Origin: Eledone cirrhosa
Taxonomy: Eukaryota
Direction of reading: 5' to 3'
Length of the DNA stretch: 64,000 nucleotides
Assembly: GCA_964016885.1 (NCBI GenBank)
Contig: OZ024741.1
Span: 378,076,001 to 378,140,000, forward strand
Made by a program: the position numbers and the translations under genes. Shown here one piece after another: positions 36,537-51,500 of this stretch (the first letter of the stretch is position 1; each line of letters opens with the position of its first letter). The notes beneath the pieces are model-generated. The model saw only the letters and a list, made by a program, of their open reading frames with translations. It did no database searches and was not told the origin of the DNA.

Positions 36537-39500
36537 GTCCTGTCTTTACTCATGTGCGTTTTATTTTTCATAATCACGCATGATGGTGAACTAGCCTGTT
36601 TTAAAATTCCCTTTTTGGCATATTAATCTGTGAGAATCCTGGTTATAGAATTGAGCTCTGCTGAGGATCGAATTCCAACCGTGACCATCTCCACTGAAAG
36701 TTGTCGTGAAATAGTATTTTAGACTATACAGAGCATTTGAATTTTTTCCAAATTGAAATATGAGTATTTTAAACTTTATTTTATCATGATTTAAGGCTCT
36801 ATTGATTTTTCCCTGGATTTTACTAAATTCTGTTGATGAATCTATATCCTGATTCTCTTTGAGATGAGTTTGAATTATTTTTCCCACATCTTACGTTAAC
36901 TATTTTTCCCATGTTTACGCTATAGTCACTTATATATTATGAAATACTGTTGGCTTTTCGCTACAATGTTTTCTTTATCTTTCATTTATATATTTATACT
37001 CGGATTTCTTTCCTAGAATGCGTAAATCATTTGAGACTAATCCCGGTATTTTTTCATGAAAAAACCGCGATAATATTGCTTTTTGCTAAACTCCTTATTG
37101 TAGAGTTTTTTTCGGAATGTTTATGACTCTTGTTTCTTGTAAAAAAACATTCGTCTCATTCTGAGGTCACTAGCCCTGTCTTTCCTCATTTGCGTTTTAT
37201 TTTTCATAATCACGCATGATGGTGAACTAGCCTGTTTTATAATTCCCTTGTTTGGCATATTAATCTGTGAGAATCCTGGTTATGGAGTTGATCTCTGCTG
37301 ATGATCGAATTCCAGCAGTGACCATCTCCACTGAAAGTTTTCGTTAAATAGTCGTTAAGACTATACAGAGCATTTGAAGTTTTTCCAAATTGAAATATGA
37401 GTATTTTAAACTTTATTTTATCATGATTTAAGGCTCTATTTATTTTTCCCTGGATTTCACTAAATTCTGTGGATGAATATATATCCTGATTCTCTTTGAG
37501 ATGAGTTTGAATTATTTTTCCCACAACTTACGTTTTTTCCCATTTTGACCCTATAGTCACTAATATATTATGAAATACAGTTGGCTTTTCGCTACAATGT
37601 TTTCTGTACCTTTCATTTATATATTTATACTCGGATTTCTTTCCTAGAATACTTAAATTATTTGAGACTAATCCCGGTATTTTTTCATGAAAAAACCGCG
37701 ATAATATTGCTTTTTGCTAAACTCCTTATTGTAGAGTTTTTTTCGGAATGTTTATGACTCTTGTTTCTTGTAAAAAGACATTCGTCTCATTCTGACGTCA
37801 CTAGCCCTGTCTTTCCTCATTTGCGTTTTATTTTTTATAATCACGCATGATGTTGAACTAGCCTGTTTTAAAATTCCATTTTTGGCATATTAATCTGTGG
37901 AAAACCTGGTTATCGAGTTGAGCTCTGCTGAGGATCGAATTCCAACCGTGACCATCTCCACTGAAAGTTTTCGTGAAATAGTCTTTAAGACTATTCAGAG
38001 TATTTAAAGTGTTTCCAAATAGAAGGATGAGTATTTTAAACTTAATTTTATCATGAGTTAAGGCTCTATTGATTTTTCCCTGGATTTCACTAAATTCTGT
38101 GGATGAATCTCTATCCTGATTCTCTTTGAGATGAGTTTGAATTATTTTTCCCATTTTGACGCTATCGTCACTTATATATTATGGAATACTGTTGGCTTTT
38201 CGCTACAATGTTTTCTATACCTTTCATTTATATATTTATATTCGGATTTCTTTCCTAGAATGCTTAAATTATTTGTGACTAATCCCGGTATTTTTTTATA
38301 AAAACCGCGATAATATTGCTTTTTGCTAAACTCCTTATTGTAGAGTTTTTTCGGAATGTTTTTGACTGTTGTTTCTTATAAACAAACCTTCGTCTCATTC
38401 TGACGTCACTTGCCCTGTCTTTACTCATGTGCGTTTTATTTTACATAATCACGCATAAAGGTGAACTAGCCTGTTTTAAAATTCCCTTTTTGGCATATTA
38501 ATCTGTGAGAATCCTGGTTATCGAGTTGATCTCTGCCGAGGATCTAATTCCAACCGTGACCATCTCCACTCAATGTTTTCGTGAAATAGTCTTTAAGACT
38601 ATACAGAGCATTTAAAGTTTTTCCAAATTAAAATATGAGTATTTTAAACTTTATTTTATCATGAGTTAAGGCTCTATTGATTTTTCCCTGGATTTCATTA
38701 AATTCTGTGGATGAATCTATATCCTGATTCTCTTTGAGATGAGTTTGAATTATTTTTCCCACATCTTACGTTAACTACTTTTCCCATTTTGACGCTATAG
38801 TCACTTATATATTATGGAATACTGTTGGCTTTTCGCTACAATTGTTTTTATACCTTTCATTTATATATTTAAACTCGGATTTCTTTCCTAGAGTCCTTAA
38901 ATTATTTGTAACTAATCCCGGTATTTTTATATTAAAACCTCGATAATATTGCTTTTTGCTGAACTGCTTATTGTAGAGTTTTTCGGAATATTTATGACTC
39001 TTGTTTCTGGTAAAAAAACATTCGTCTCATTCTGACGTCACTAACCCTGTCTTTCCTCATTTGCGTTTTATTTTTCATAATCACGCATGATGGTGAACTA
39101 GCCTGTTTTAAAATTCCCTTTTTGGCATATTAATCTGTGAGAATCCTGGTTATAGAATTGAGCTCTGCTGGGGATCGAATTCCAACCGTGACCATCTCCA
39201 CTGAAAGTTGTCGTGAAATAGTATTTTAGACTATACAGAGCATTTGAATTTTTTCCAAATTGAAGGATGAGTATTTTAAACTTTATTTTATCATGATTTA
39301 AGGCTCTATTGATTTTTCCCTGGATTTTACTAAATTCTGTTGATGAATCTATATCCTGATTCTCTTTGAGATGAGTTTGAATTATTTTTCCCACATCTTA
39401 CGTTACCTATTTTTCCCATTTTTACGCTATAGTCACTTATATAATATGAAATAGTGTTGGCTTTTCGCTACAATGTTTTCTTTATCTTTCATTTATATAT

Positions 39501-42500
39501 TTATACTCGGATTTCTTTCCTAGAATGCTTAAAGTATTTGAGACTAATCCCGGTATTTTTTTATGAAAAAACCGCGATAATCTTGCTTTTTGCTAAACTC
39601 CTTATTGTAGCGTTTTTTTCGGAATGTTTATGACTCTTGTTTCTTGTAAAAAAACATTTGTCTCATTCTGACGTCACTAGCCCTGTCTTTCCTCATTTGC
39701 GTTTTATTTTTCATAATCACGCATGATGGTGAACTAGCCTGTTTTATAATTCCCTTTTTGGCATATTAATCTGTGAGAATCCTGGTTATCGAGTAGATCT
39801 CTGCTGATGATCGAATTCCAGCAGTGACCATCTCCACTGAAAGTTTTCGTGAAATAGTCTTTAAGACTATACAGAGCATTTGAAGTTTTTCCAAATTGAA
39901 ATATGAGTATTTTAAACTTTATTTTATCATGAGTTAAGGCTCTATTGATTTTTCCCTCGATTTCACTAAATTCTGTGGATGAATCTATATCCTGATTCTC
40001 TTTGAGATGAGTTTGAATTATTTTTCCCACATCTTACGTTTTTTCCCATTTTGACCCTATAGTCACCAATATATTATGAAATACTGTTGGCTTTTCGCTA
40101 CAATATTTTCTGTACCTTTCATTTATATATTTATACTCGGATTTATTTCCTAGAATACTTAAATTATTTGAGACTAATCCCGGTATTTTTTCATGAAAAA
40201 ACCGCGATAATATTGCTTTTTGCTAAACTCCTTATTGTAGAGTTTTTTTCGGAATGTTTATGACTCTTGTTTCTTGTAAAAAAACATTCGTCTCATTCTG
40301 ACGTCACTAGCCCTGTCTTTCCTCATTTGCGTTTTATTTTTTATAATCACGCATGATGTTGAACTATCCTGTTTTAAAATTCCTTTTTTGGCATATTAAT
40401 CTTTGAAAAACCTGGTTATCGAGTTGAGCTCTGCTGAGGATCGAATTCCAACCGTGACCATATCCACTGAAAGTTTTCGTGAAGTAGTCTTTAAGACTAT
40501 TCAGAGTATTTAAAGTGTTTCCAAATTGAAGGATGAGTATTTTAAACTTAATTTTAAGGCTCTATTGATTTTTCCCTGGATTTCACTAAATTCTGTGGAT
40601 GAATCTATATCCTGATTCTCTTTGAGATGAGTTTGAATTATTTTTCCCATTTTGACACTATCGTCACTTATATATTATGGAATACTGTTGGCTTTTCGCA
40701 ACAATGCTTTCTATACCTTTCATTTATATATTTATATTCGGATTTCTTTCCTAGAATGCTTAAATTATTTGTGACTAATCCCGGTATTTCTTTATAAAAA
40801 CCGCGATAATATTGCTTTTTGCTAAACTCTTTATTGTAGAGTTTTTTTCGGAATGTTTTTGACTGTTGTTTCTTATAAACAAACCTTCGTCTCATTCTCA
40901 CGTCACTAGCCCTGTCTTTACTCATGTGCGTTTTATTTTTCATAATCACGCATAATGGTGAACTAGCCTTTTTTAAAATTCCCTTTTTGGCATATTAATC
41001 TGTGAGAATCCTGGTTATCGACTTGATCTCTGCCGAGGATCGAATTCCAACCGTGACCATCTCCACTTAATGTTTTCGTGAAATAGTCTTTAAGACTATA
41101 CAGAGCATTTAAAGTTTTTCCAAATTAAAATATGAGTATTTTAAACTTTATTTTATCATGAGTTAAGGCTCTATTGCTTTTTCACTGGATTTCACTAAAT
41201 TCTGTGGATGAACCTATATCCTGATTCTCTTTGAGATGAGTTTGAATTATTTTTCCCATATCTTATGTTAACTATTTTTCCCATTTTGACGCTATAGTCA
41301 TTTATATTTTATGGAATACTGTTGGCTTTTCTCTCCAATATTTTCTATACCTTTCATTTATATATTTATACTCGGATTTCGTTCCTAGAATGCTTAAATT
41401 ATTTGTGACTAATCCCGGTATTTTTTTATAAAAACCGCGATATATTGCTTTTTGCTGAACTCCATACTGTAGCGTTTTTTTCGGAATGTTTTTGACTGTT
41501 GATTCTTGTAAACAAACATTCGTCTCATTCTGACGTCACTAGCCCTGTCTTTCCTCATGTGCGTGTTATCTTTCATAATCACGCATGATGGTGAACTAGA
41601 CTGTTTTAAAATTCCCTTTTTGGCATATTAATCTGTGACAATCTTCGTTATCGAGTTGAGCTCTGCTAAGGATTGAATCCCAAGCGTGACCATCTCCACT
41701 GAAAGTTTTAGGGAAATTGTCTTTAAAACTATACAGAACATTTGAAGTTTCTCCAAATTGAAGGATTAGTATAATAAACTTAATTTATCATGAGTTAAGG
41801 CTCTATTGATTTTTCCCTGGATTTCACTAAATTCTGTGGATGAATCTATATCCTGATTCTCTTTGAGATGAGTTTGAATTATTTTTCCCACATCTTAGGT
41901 TAACTATTTTTCCCATTTTGACGCTATAGTCACTTATATATTATGGAATACTGTTAGCTTTAGGCTACAATTGTTTTCTATACCTTTCATTTATATATTT
42001 ATACTCGGATTTCTTTCCTAGAGTGCTTAAATTATTTGTGATTAATCCCGGTATTTAGTTTCATAAAAAACCGCGATAATATTGCTTTTTGCTGAACTCC
42101 TTATTGTAGACTTTTTTTCTGATTGTTTTTTACTGTTATTTCTTGTAAACAAACATTCGTCTCATTCTGACGTCACTAGCCCTGTCTTTCCTCATGTGTG
42201 TTTTATTTTTCATAATCACGTATGATGGTGTACTAGCCTGTTTTAAAATTCCCTTTTTGGCATATTAATCTGTGAGAAGCTTGGTTATCGAGTTGAGCTC
42301 TGCTGAGGATCGAATACCAACCGTGACCATCTCCACTGAAAGTTTTGGTGAAATAATCTTTAAGACTATACAGAGCATTTGAAGTTTTTCCAAATTGAAG
42401 GATGAGTATTTTCAACTTTATTTTATCATGAGTTAAGGCTCTATTGATTTTTCCCTGGATTTCACTAAATTCTGTGGATGAATCTATATCCTGATTCTCT

Positions 42501-45500
42501 TTGAGATGAGTTTGAATTATTTTTCCCACATCTTATGTTAACTATTTTTCCCATTTTGACGTTATAGTCACATATTATGGAATACTGTTGGCTTTTCGCT
42601 AGAATTGTTTTCTATACCTTTCATTTATATATTTATATTCTGATTTCTTTTCTAGAGTGCTTAAATTATTTGTGACTAATCGCGGTATTTTTTTATAAAA
42701 AACCGCGATAACATTTCTTTTTGCTGAACTCCTTATTGTAGAGTTTTTTCGGAATGTTTTTGACTGTTGTTTCTTGTAAACAAACATTCATCTCATTCTG
42801 ACGTCACTAGCCCTGTCTTTCCTCATGTGCGTTTTATTTTTCATAATCACGCATGACGGTGAACTAACCTGTTTTAAAGTTCCATTTTTGGCATATTAAT
42901 CTGTGACAATCTTCGTTATCGAGTTGAGCTCTGCTAAGGATTGAATCCCAAGCGTGACCATCTCCACTGAAAGTTTTAGGGAAATAGTCTTTAAAACTAT
43001 ACAGAGCATTTGAAGTTTCTCCAAATTGAAGGATTAGTATATTAAACTTTATTTTATCATGAGTTAAGGCTCTATTGATTTTTCCGTGGATTTCACTAAA
43101 TTCTGTGGATGAATCTATATCCTGATTCTCTTTGAGATGAGTTTGAATTATTTTTCCCACATCTTATGATAACTATTTTTCCCATTTTGACGTTATAGTC
43201 ACATATATTATGGAATACTGTTGGCTTTTCGCTAAAATTGTTTTCTATACCTTTCATTTATATATTTATATTCTGATTTCTTTCCTAGAGTGCTTAAATT
43301 ATTTGTGACTAATCCCGGTATTTTTTTATTAAAAACCGCGATTATATTTCTTTTTGCTGAACTCTTTATTGTAGAGTTTTTTTCGGAATGTTTTTGACTG
43401 TTGTTTCTTGTAAACAAACATTCGTCTCATTCTGACGTCACTAGCCCTGTCTTTCCTCATGTGCGTTTCATTTTTCATAATCACGCATGACGGTGAACTA
43501 ACCTGTTTTAAAATTCCATTTTTGGCATATTAATCTGTGAGAAGCCTGGTTATCGAGTTGAGCTCTGCTGAGGATCGAATACCAACCGTGACCATCTCCA
43601 CTGAAAGTTTTCGTGAAATAATCTTTAAGACTATACAGAGCATTTAAAGTTTTTCCAAATTGAAGGATGAGTATTTTCAACTTTATTTTTTCATTAATCA
43701 AGGCTCTATTGATTTTTCCGTGGATTTCACTAAATTCTGTGGTTGAATCTATATCCTGATTCTCTTTGAGATGAGTTTGAATTATTTTTCCCACATCTTA
43801 TGTTAACTATTTTTCCCATTTTGACGTTATAGTCACATATATTATGGAATACTGTTGGCTTTTCGCTAGAATTGTTTTCTATACCTTTCATTTATATATT
43901 TATATTCTGATTTCTTTCCTAGAGTGTTTAAATTATTTGTGACTAATCCCGGTATTTTTTTATTAAAAACCGCGATTATATTTCTTTTTGCTGAACTCTT
44001 TATTGTAGAGTTTTTTTCGGAATGTTTTTGACTGTTGTTTCTTGTAAACAAACATTCGTCTCATTCTGACGTCACTAGCCCTGTCTTTCCTCATGTGCGT
44101 TTCATTTTTCATAATCACGCATGACGGTGAACTAACCTGTTTTAAAATTCCATTTTTGGCATATTAATCTGTGAGAAGCCTGGTTATCGAGTTGAGCTCT
44201 GCTGAGGATTGAATCCCAACAGTGACCATCTCCACTAAAAGTTTTCCTGAAATAGTCTTTAAGACTATACAGAGTATTTAAAGTTTTTCCAAATTGAAGG
44301 ATGGGTATTTTAAACTTTATTTATCATGAGTTAAGGCTGTATTGATTTTCCCCTGGATTTCACTAAATTCTGTGTATGAACCTATATCCTGATTCTCTTT
44401 GAGATGAGCTTGGATTATTTTTGCAATATCTTATGTTAACTATTTTTCCCATTTTGACGCTATAGTCACTTATATATTATGGAATACTGTTAGCTTTAGG
44501 CTACAATTGTTTTCTATACCTTTCATTTATATATTTATACTCGGATTTCTTTCCTAGAATGCTTAAATTATTTGTGACTAATCCCGGTATTTTTTTATTA
44601 AAAACCGCGATTATATTTCTTTTTGCTGAACTCTTTATTGCAGAGTTTTTTTCGGAATGTTTTTGACTGTTGTTTCTTGTAAACAAACATTCGTCTCATT
44701 CTGACGTCACTAGCCCTGTCTTTCCTCATGTGCGTTTCATTATTCATAATCACGCATGACGGTGACCTAACCTGTTTTAAAATTCCAATTTTGGCATATT
44801 AATCTGTGAGAAGCCTGGTTATCGAGTTGAGCTCTGCTGAGGATTGAATCCCAAACGTGACCATCTCCTCTAAAAGTTTTCCTGAAATAGTCTTTAAGAC
44901 TATACAGAGTATTTAAAGTTTTTCCAAATTGAAGGATTAGTATTTTCCACTTTATTTTATCATGAGTTAAGGCTCTATTGATTTTTCCCTGGATTTCACT
45001 AAATTCTGTGGATGAACCTATATCCTGATTCTCTTTGAGATGAGCTTGGATTATTTTCCCATATCTTATGTTAACTATTTTTCCCATTTTCACGCTATAG
45101 TAACATATATATTATGGAATACTGTTAGCTTTAGGCTACAATTGTTTTCTATACCTTTCATTTATATATTTATACTCGGATTTCTTTCCTAGAATGCATA
45201 AATTATTTGTGACTAATCCCGGTATTTTTTTATTAAAAACCGCGATAATATTTCTTTTTGCTGAACTCTTTATTGTAGAGTTTTTTTCGGAATGTTTTTG
45301 ACTGTTGTTTCTTATTAACAAACATTCGTCTCATTCTGACGTCACTAGCCCTGTCTTTCCTCATGTGTGTTTTATTTTTCATAATCACGCATGACGGTAA
45401 ACTAACCTGTTTTAAAATTCCATTTTTGGCATATTAATCTGTGAGAAGCCTGGTTATCGAGTTGAGCTCTGCTGAGGATTGAGACCCAACCCTGACCATC

Positions 45501-48500
45501 TCCTCTAAAAGTTTTCCTGAAATAGTCTTTAAGACTATACAGAGTATTTAAAGTTTTTCCAAATTGAAGGATTAGTATTTTAAACTGTATTTTATCATGA
45601 GTTAAGGCTCTATTGATTTTTCCCTGGATTTCACTAAATTCTGTGGATGAACCTATATCCTGATTCTCTTTGAGATGAGTTTGAATTATTTTTCCCATAT
45701 CTTATGTTAACTATTTTTCCCATTTTGACGCTATAGTCACTTATATATTATGGAATACTGTTAGCTTTAGACTACAATTGTTTTCTATACCATTCATTTA
45801 TATATTTAACCTCGGATTTCTTTCCTAGAGTGCTTAAATTATTTGTGACTAATCCCGGTATTTTTTTATAAAAAACCGCGATAAAATTTCTTTTTGCTGA
45901 ACTCCTTATTGTAGAGTTTTTTTCGGAATGTTTTTGACTATTGTTTCTTGTAAACAAACATTCGTCTCATTCTGACGTCACTAGCCCTGTCTTTCCTCAT
46001 GTGCGTTTTAATTTTCATAATCACGCATGATGGTGAATAAGCCTGTTTTAAAATTCCCTTTTTGGCATATTAATCTGTGAGAAGCCTAGTTATCGAGTTG
46101 AGCTCTGCTGAGGATCGAATACCAGCCGTGACCATCTCCACTGAAACTTTTCCTGGAATAATCTTTAAGACTATACAGAGCATTTAAAGTTTTTCCAAAT
46201 TGAAGGATGAGTATTTTAAACTTTATTTATCGTGAGTTAAGTCTCTATTGATTTTCCCCTGGATTTCACTAAATTCTGTGGATGAACCTATATTCTGATT
46301 CTCTTTGAGATGAGCTTGGATTATTTTTCCCATATCTTATGTTAACTATTTTTCCCATTTTGACGCTATAGTCACTTATATATTATTGAATACTGTTAAT
46401 TTTAGGCTACAATTGTTTTCTATACCTTTCATTTATATATTTATACTCGGATTTCTTTCCTAGAATGCTTAAATTATTTGTGACTAATCCCGGTATTTTT
46501 TCATTAAACACCGCGATAATATTTCTTTTTGCTGAACTCTTTATTGTAGAGTTTTTTTCGGAATGTTTTTGACTGTTGTTTCTTGTAAACAAACATTCGT
46601 CTCATTCTGACGTCACTAGCCCTGTCTTTCCTCATGTGCGTCTTATTTTTCATAATCACGCATGACGGTGAACTAACCTGTTTTAAAATTCCATTTTTGG
46701 CATATTCATCTGTGACAATCTTCGTTATCGAGTTGAGCTCTGCTAAGGATTGAATCCCAAGCGTGACCATCTCCACTGAAAGTTTTAGGGAAATAGTCTT
46801 TAAAACTATACAGAACATTTGAAGTTTCTCCAAATTGAAGGATTAGTATAATAAACTTAATTTATCATGAGTTAAGGCTCTATTGATTTTTCCCTGGATT
46901 TCACTAAATTCTGTGGATGAATCTATATCCTGATTCTCTTTGAGATGAGTTTGAATTATTTTTCCCACATCTTAGGTTAACTATTTTTCCCATTTTGACG
47001 CTATAGTCACTTATATATTATGGAATACTGTTAGCTTTAGGCTACAATTGTTTTCTATACCTTTCATTTATATATTTATACTCGGATTTCTTTCCTAGAG
47101 TGCTTAAATTATTTGTGATTAATCCCGGTATTTTGTTTCATAAAAAACCGCGATAATATTGCTTTTTGCTGAACTCCTTATTGTAGACTTTTTTTCTGAT
47201 TGTTTTTTACTGTTATTTCTTGTAAACAAACATTCGTCTCATTCTGACGTCACTAGCCCTGTCTTTCCTCATGTGTGTTTTATTTTTCATAATCACGTAT
47301 GATGGTGTACTAGCCTGTTTTAAAATTCCCTTTTTGGCATATTAATCTGTGAGAAGCTTGGTTATCGAGTTGAGCTCTGCTGAGGATCGAATACCAACCG
47401 TGACCATCTCCACTGAAAGTTTTGGTGAAATAATCTTTAAGACTATACAGAGCATTTGAAGTTTTTCCAAATTGAAGGATGAGTATTTTCAACTTTATTT
47501 TATCATGAGTTAAGGCTCTATTGATTTTTCCCTGGATTTCACTAAATTCTGTGGATGAATCTATATCCTGATTCTCTTTGAGATGAGTTTGAATTATTTT
47601 TCCCACATCTTATGTTAACTATTTTTCCCATTTTGACGTTATAGTCACATATTATGGAATACTGTTGGCTTTTCGCTAGAATTGTTTTCTATACCTTTCA
47701 TTTATATATTTATATTCTGATTTCTTTTCTAGAGTGCTTAAATTATTTGTGACTAATCGCGGTATTTTTTTATAAAAAACCGCGATAAAATTTCTTTTTG
47801 CTGAACTCCTTATTGTAGAGTTTTTTCGGAATGTTTTTGACTGTTGTTTCTTGTAAACAAACATTCGTCTCATTCTGACGTCACTAGCCCTGTCTTTCCT
47901 CATGTGCGTTTTATTTTTCATAATCACGCATGACGGTGAACTAACCTGTTTTAAAGTTCCATTTTTGGCATATTAATCTGTGACAATCTTCGTTATCGAG
48001 TTGAGCTCTGCTAAGGATTGAATCCCAAGCGTGACCATCTCCACTGAAAGTTTTAGGGAAATAGTCTTTAAAACTATACAGAGCATTTGAAGTTTCTCCA
48101 AATTGAAGGATTAGTATATTAAACTTTATTTTATCATGAGTTAAGGCTCTATTGATTTTTCCCTGGATTTCACTAAATTCTGTGGATGAATCTATATCCT
48201 GATTCTCTTTGAGATGAGCTTGAATTATTTTTCCCACATCTTAGGTTAACTATTTTTCCCATTTTGACGCTATAGTCACTTATATATTATGGAATACTGT
48301 TAGCTTTAGGCTACAATTGTTTTCTATACCTTTCATTTATATATTTATACTCGGATTTCTTTCCTAGAGTGCTTAAATTATTTGTGATTAATTCCGGTAT
48401 TTTGTTTCATAAAAAACCGCGATAATATTGCTTTTTGCTGAACTCCTTATTGTAGACTTTTTTTCTGATTGTTTTTTACTGTTATTTCTTGTAAACAAAC

Positions 48501-51500
48501 ATTCGTCTCATTCTGACGTCACTAGCCCTGTCTTTCCTCATGTGCGTTTTATTTTTCATAATCACGCATGACGCTGAACTAACCTGTTTTAAAATTCCAT
48601 TTTTGGCATATTAATCTGTGAGAAGCCTGGTTATCGAGTAGAGCTCTGCTGAGGATCGAATACCAACCGTGACCATCTCCACTGAAAGTTTTCGTGAAAT
48701 AATCTTTAAGACTATACAGAGCATTTAAAGTTTTTCCAAATTGAAGGATGAGTATTTTCCACTTTATTTTTTCATTAATTAAGGCTCTATTGATTTTTCC
48801 GTGGATTTCACTAAATTCTGTGGATGAATCTATATCCTGATTCTCTTTGAGATGAGTTTGAATTATTTTTCCCACATCTTATGATAACTATTTTTCCCAT
48901 TTTGACGTTATAGTCACATATATTATGGAATACTGTTGGCTTTTCGCTAAAATTGTTTTCTATACCTTTCATTTATATATTTATATTCTGATTTCTTTCC
49001 TAGAGTGCTTAAATTATTTGTGACTAATCCCGGTATTTTTTTATTAAAAACCGCGATTATATTTCTTTTTGCTGAACTCTTTATTGTAGAGTTTTTTTCG
49101 GAATGTTTTTGACTGTTGTTTCTTGTAAACAAACATTCGTCTCATTCTGACGTCACTAGCCCTGTCTTTCCTCATGTGCGTTTCATTTTTCATAATCACG
49201 CATGACGGTGAACTAACCTGTTTTAAAATTCCATTTTTGGCATATTAATCTGTGAGAAGCCTGGTTATCGAGTTGAGCTCTGCTGAGGATCGAATACCAA
49301 CCGTGACCATCTCCACTGAAAGTTTTCGTGAAATAATCTTTAAGACTATACAGAGCATTTAAAGTTTTTCCAAATTGAAGGATGAGTATTTTCAACTTTA
49401 TTTTTTCATTAATCAAGGCTCTATTGATTTTTCCGTGGATTTCACTAAATTCTGTGGTTGAATCTATATCCTGATTCTCTTTGAGATGAGTTTGAATTAT
49501 TTTTCCCACATCTTATGTTAACTATTTTTCCCATTTTGACGTTATAGTCACATATATTATGGAATACTGTTGGCTTTTCGCTAGAATTGTTTTCTATACC
49601 TTTCATTTATATATTTATATTCTGATTTCTTTCCTAGAGTGTTTAAATTATTTGTGACTAATCCCGGTATTTTTTTATTAAAAACCGCGATTATATTTCT
49701 TTTTGCTGAACTCTTTATTGTAGAGTTTTTTTCGGAATGTTTTTGACTGTTGTTTCTTGTAAACAAACATTCGTCTCATTCTGACGTCACTAGCCCTGTC
49801 TTTCCTCATGTGCGTTTCATTTTTCATAATCACGCATGACGGTGAACTAACCTGTTTTAAAATTCCATTTTTGGCATATTAATCTGTGAGAAGCCTGGTT
49901 ATCGAGTTGAGCTCTGCTGAGGATCGAATACCAACCGTGACCATCTCCACTGAAAGTTTTCGTGAAATAATCTTTAAGACTATACAGAGCATTTAAAGTT
50001 TTTCCAAATTGAAGGATGAGTATTTTCAACTTTATTTTTTCATTAATCAAGGCTCTATTGATTTTTCCGTGGATTTCACTAAATTCTGTGGTTGAATCTA
50101 TATCCTGATTCTCTTTGAGATGAGTTTGAATTATTTTTCCCACATCTTATGTTAACTATTTTTCCCATTTTGACGTTATAGTCACATATATTATGGAATA
50201 CTGTTGGCTTTTCGCTAGAATTGTTTTCTATACCTTTCATTTATATATTTATATTCTGATTTCTTTCCTAGAGTGTTTAAATTATTTGTGACTAATCCCG
50301 GTATTTTTTTATTAAAAACCGCGATTATATTTCTTTTTGCTGAACTCTTTATTGTAGAGTTTTTTTCGGAATGTTTTTGACTGTTGTTTCTTGTAAACAA
50401 ACATTCGTCTCATTCTGACGTCACTAGCCCTGTCTTTCCTCATGTGCGTTTCATTTTTCATAATCACGCATGACGATGAACTAACCTGTTTTAAAATTCC
50501 ATTTTTGGCATATTAATCTGTGAGAAGCCTGGTTATCGAGTTGAGCTCTGCTGAGGATTGAATCCCAACAGTGACCATCTCCACTAAAAGTTTTCCTGAA
50601 ATAGTCTTTAAGACTATACAGAGTATTTAAAGTTTTTCCAAATTGAAGGATGGGTATTTTAAACTTTATTTATCATGAGTTAAGGCTGTATTGATTTTCC
50701 CCTGGATTTCACTAAATTCTGTGTATGAACCTATATCCTGATTCTCTTTGAGATGAGCTTGGATTATTTTTGCAATATCTTATGTTAACTATTTTTCCCA
50801 TTTTGACGCTATAGTCACTTATATATTATGGAATACTGTTAGCTTTAGGCTACAATTGTTTTCTATACCTTTCATTTATATATTTATACTCGGATTTCTT
50901 TCCTAGAATGCTTAAATTATTTGTGACTAATCCCGGTATTTTTTTATTAAAAACCGCGATTATATTTCTTTTTGCTGAACTCTTTATTGCAGAGTTTTTT
51001 TCGGAATGTTTTTGACTGTTGTTTCTTGTAAACAAACATTCGTCTCATTCTGACGTCACTAGCCCTGTCTTTCCTCATGTGCGTTTCATTATTCATAATC
51101 ACGCATGACGGCGACCTAACCTGTTTTAAAATTCCAATTTTGGCATATTAATCTGTGAGAAGCCTGGTTATCGAGTTGAGCTCTGCTGAGGATTGAATCC
51201 CAAACGTGACCATCTCCTCTAAAAGTTTTCCTGAAATAGTCTTTAAGACTATACAGAGTATTTAAAGTTTTTCCAAATTGAAGGATTAGTATTTTCCACT
51301 TTATTTTATCATGAGTTAAGGCTCTATTGATTTTTCCCTGGATTTCACTAAATTCTGTGGATGAACCTATATCCTGATTCTCTTTGAGATGAGTTTGAAT
51401 TATTTTTCCCATATCTTATGTTAACTATTTTTCCCATTTTGACGCTATAGTCACTTATATATTATGGAATACTGTTAGCTTTAGACTACAATTGTTTTCT

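Noticed and set aside
36661-36700. Hammerhead in the satellite unit (CTGAGGA ... GAAA)
   Set aside because: No stem II can form between the two motifs and I find no stem I or III.
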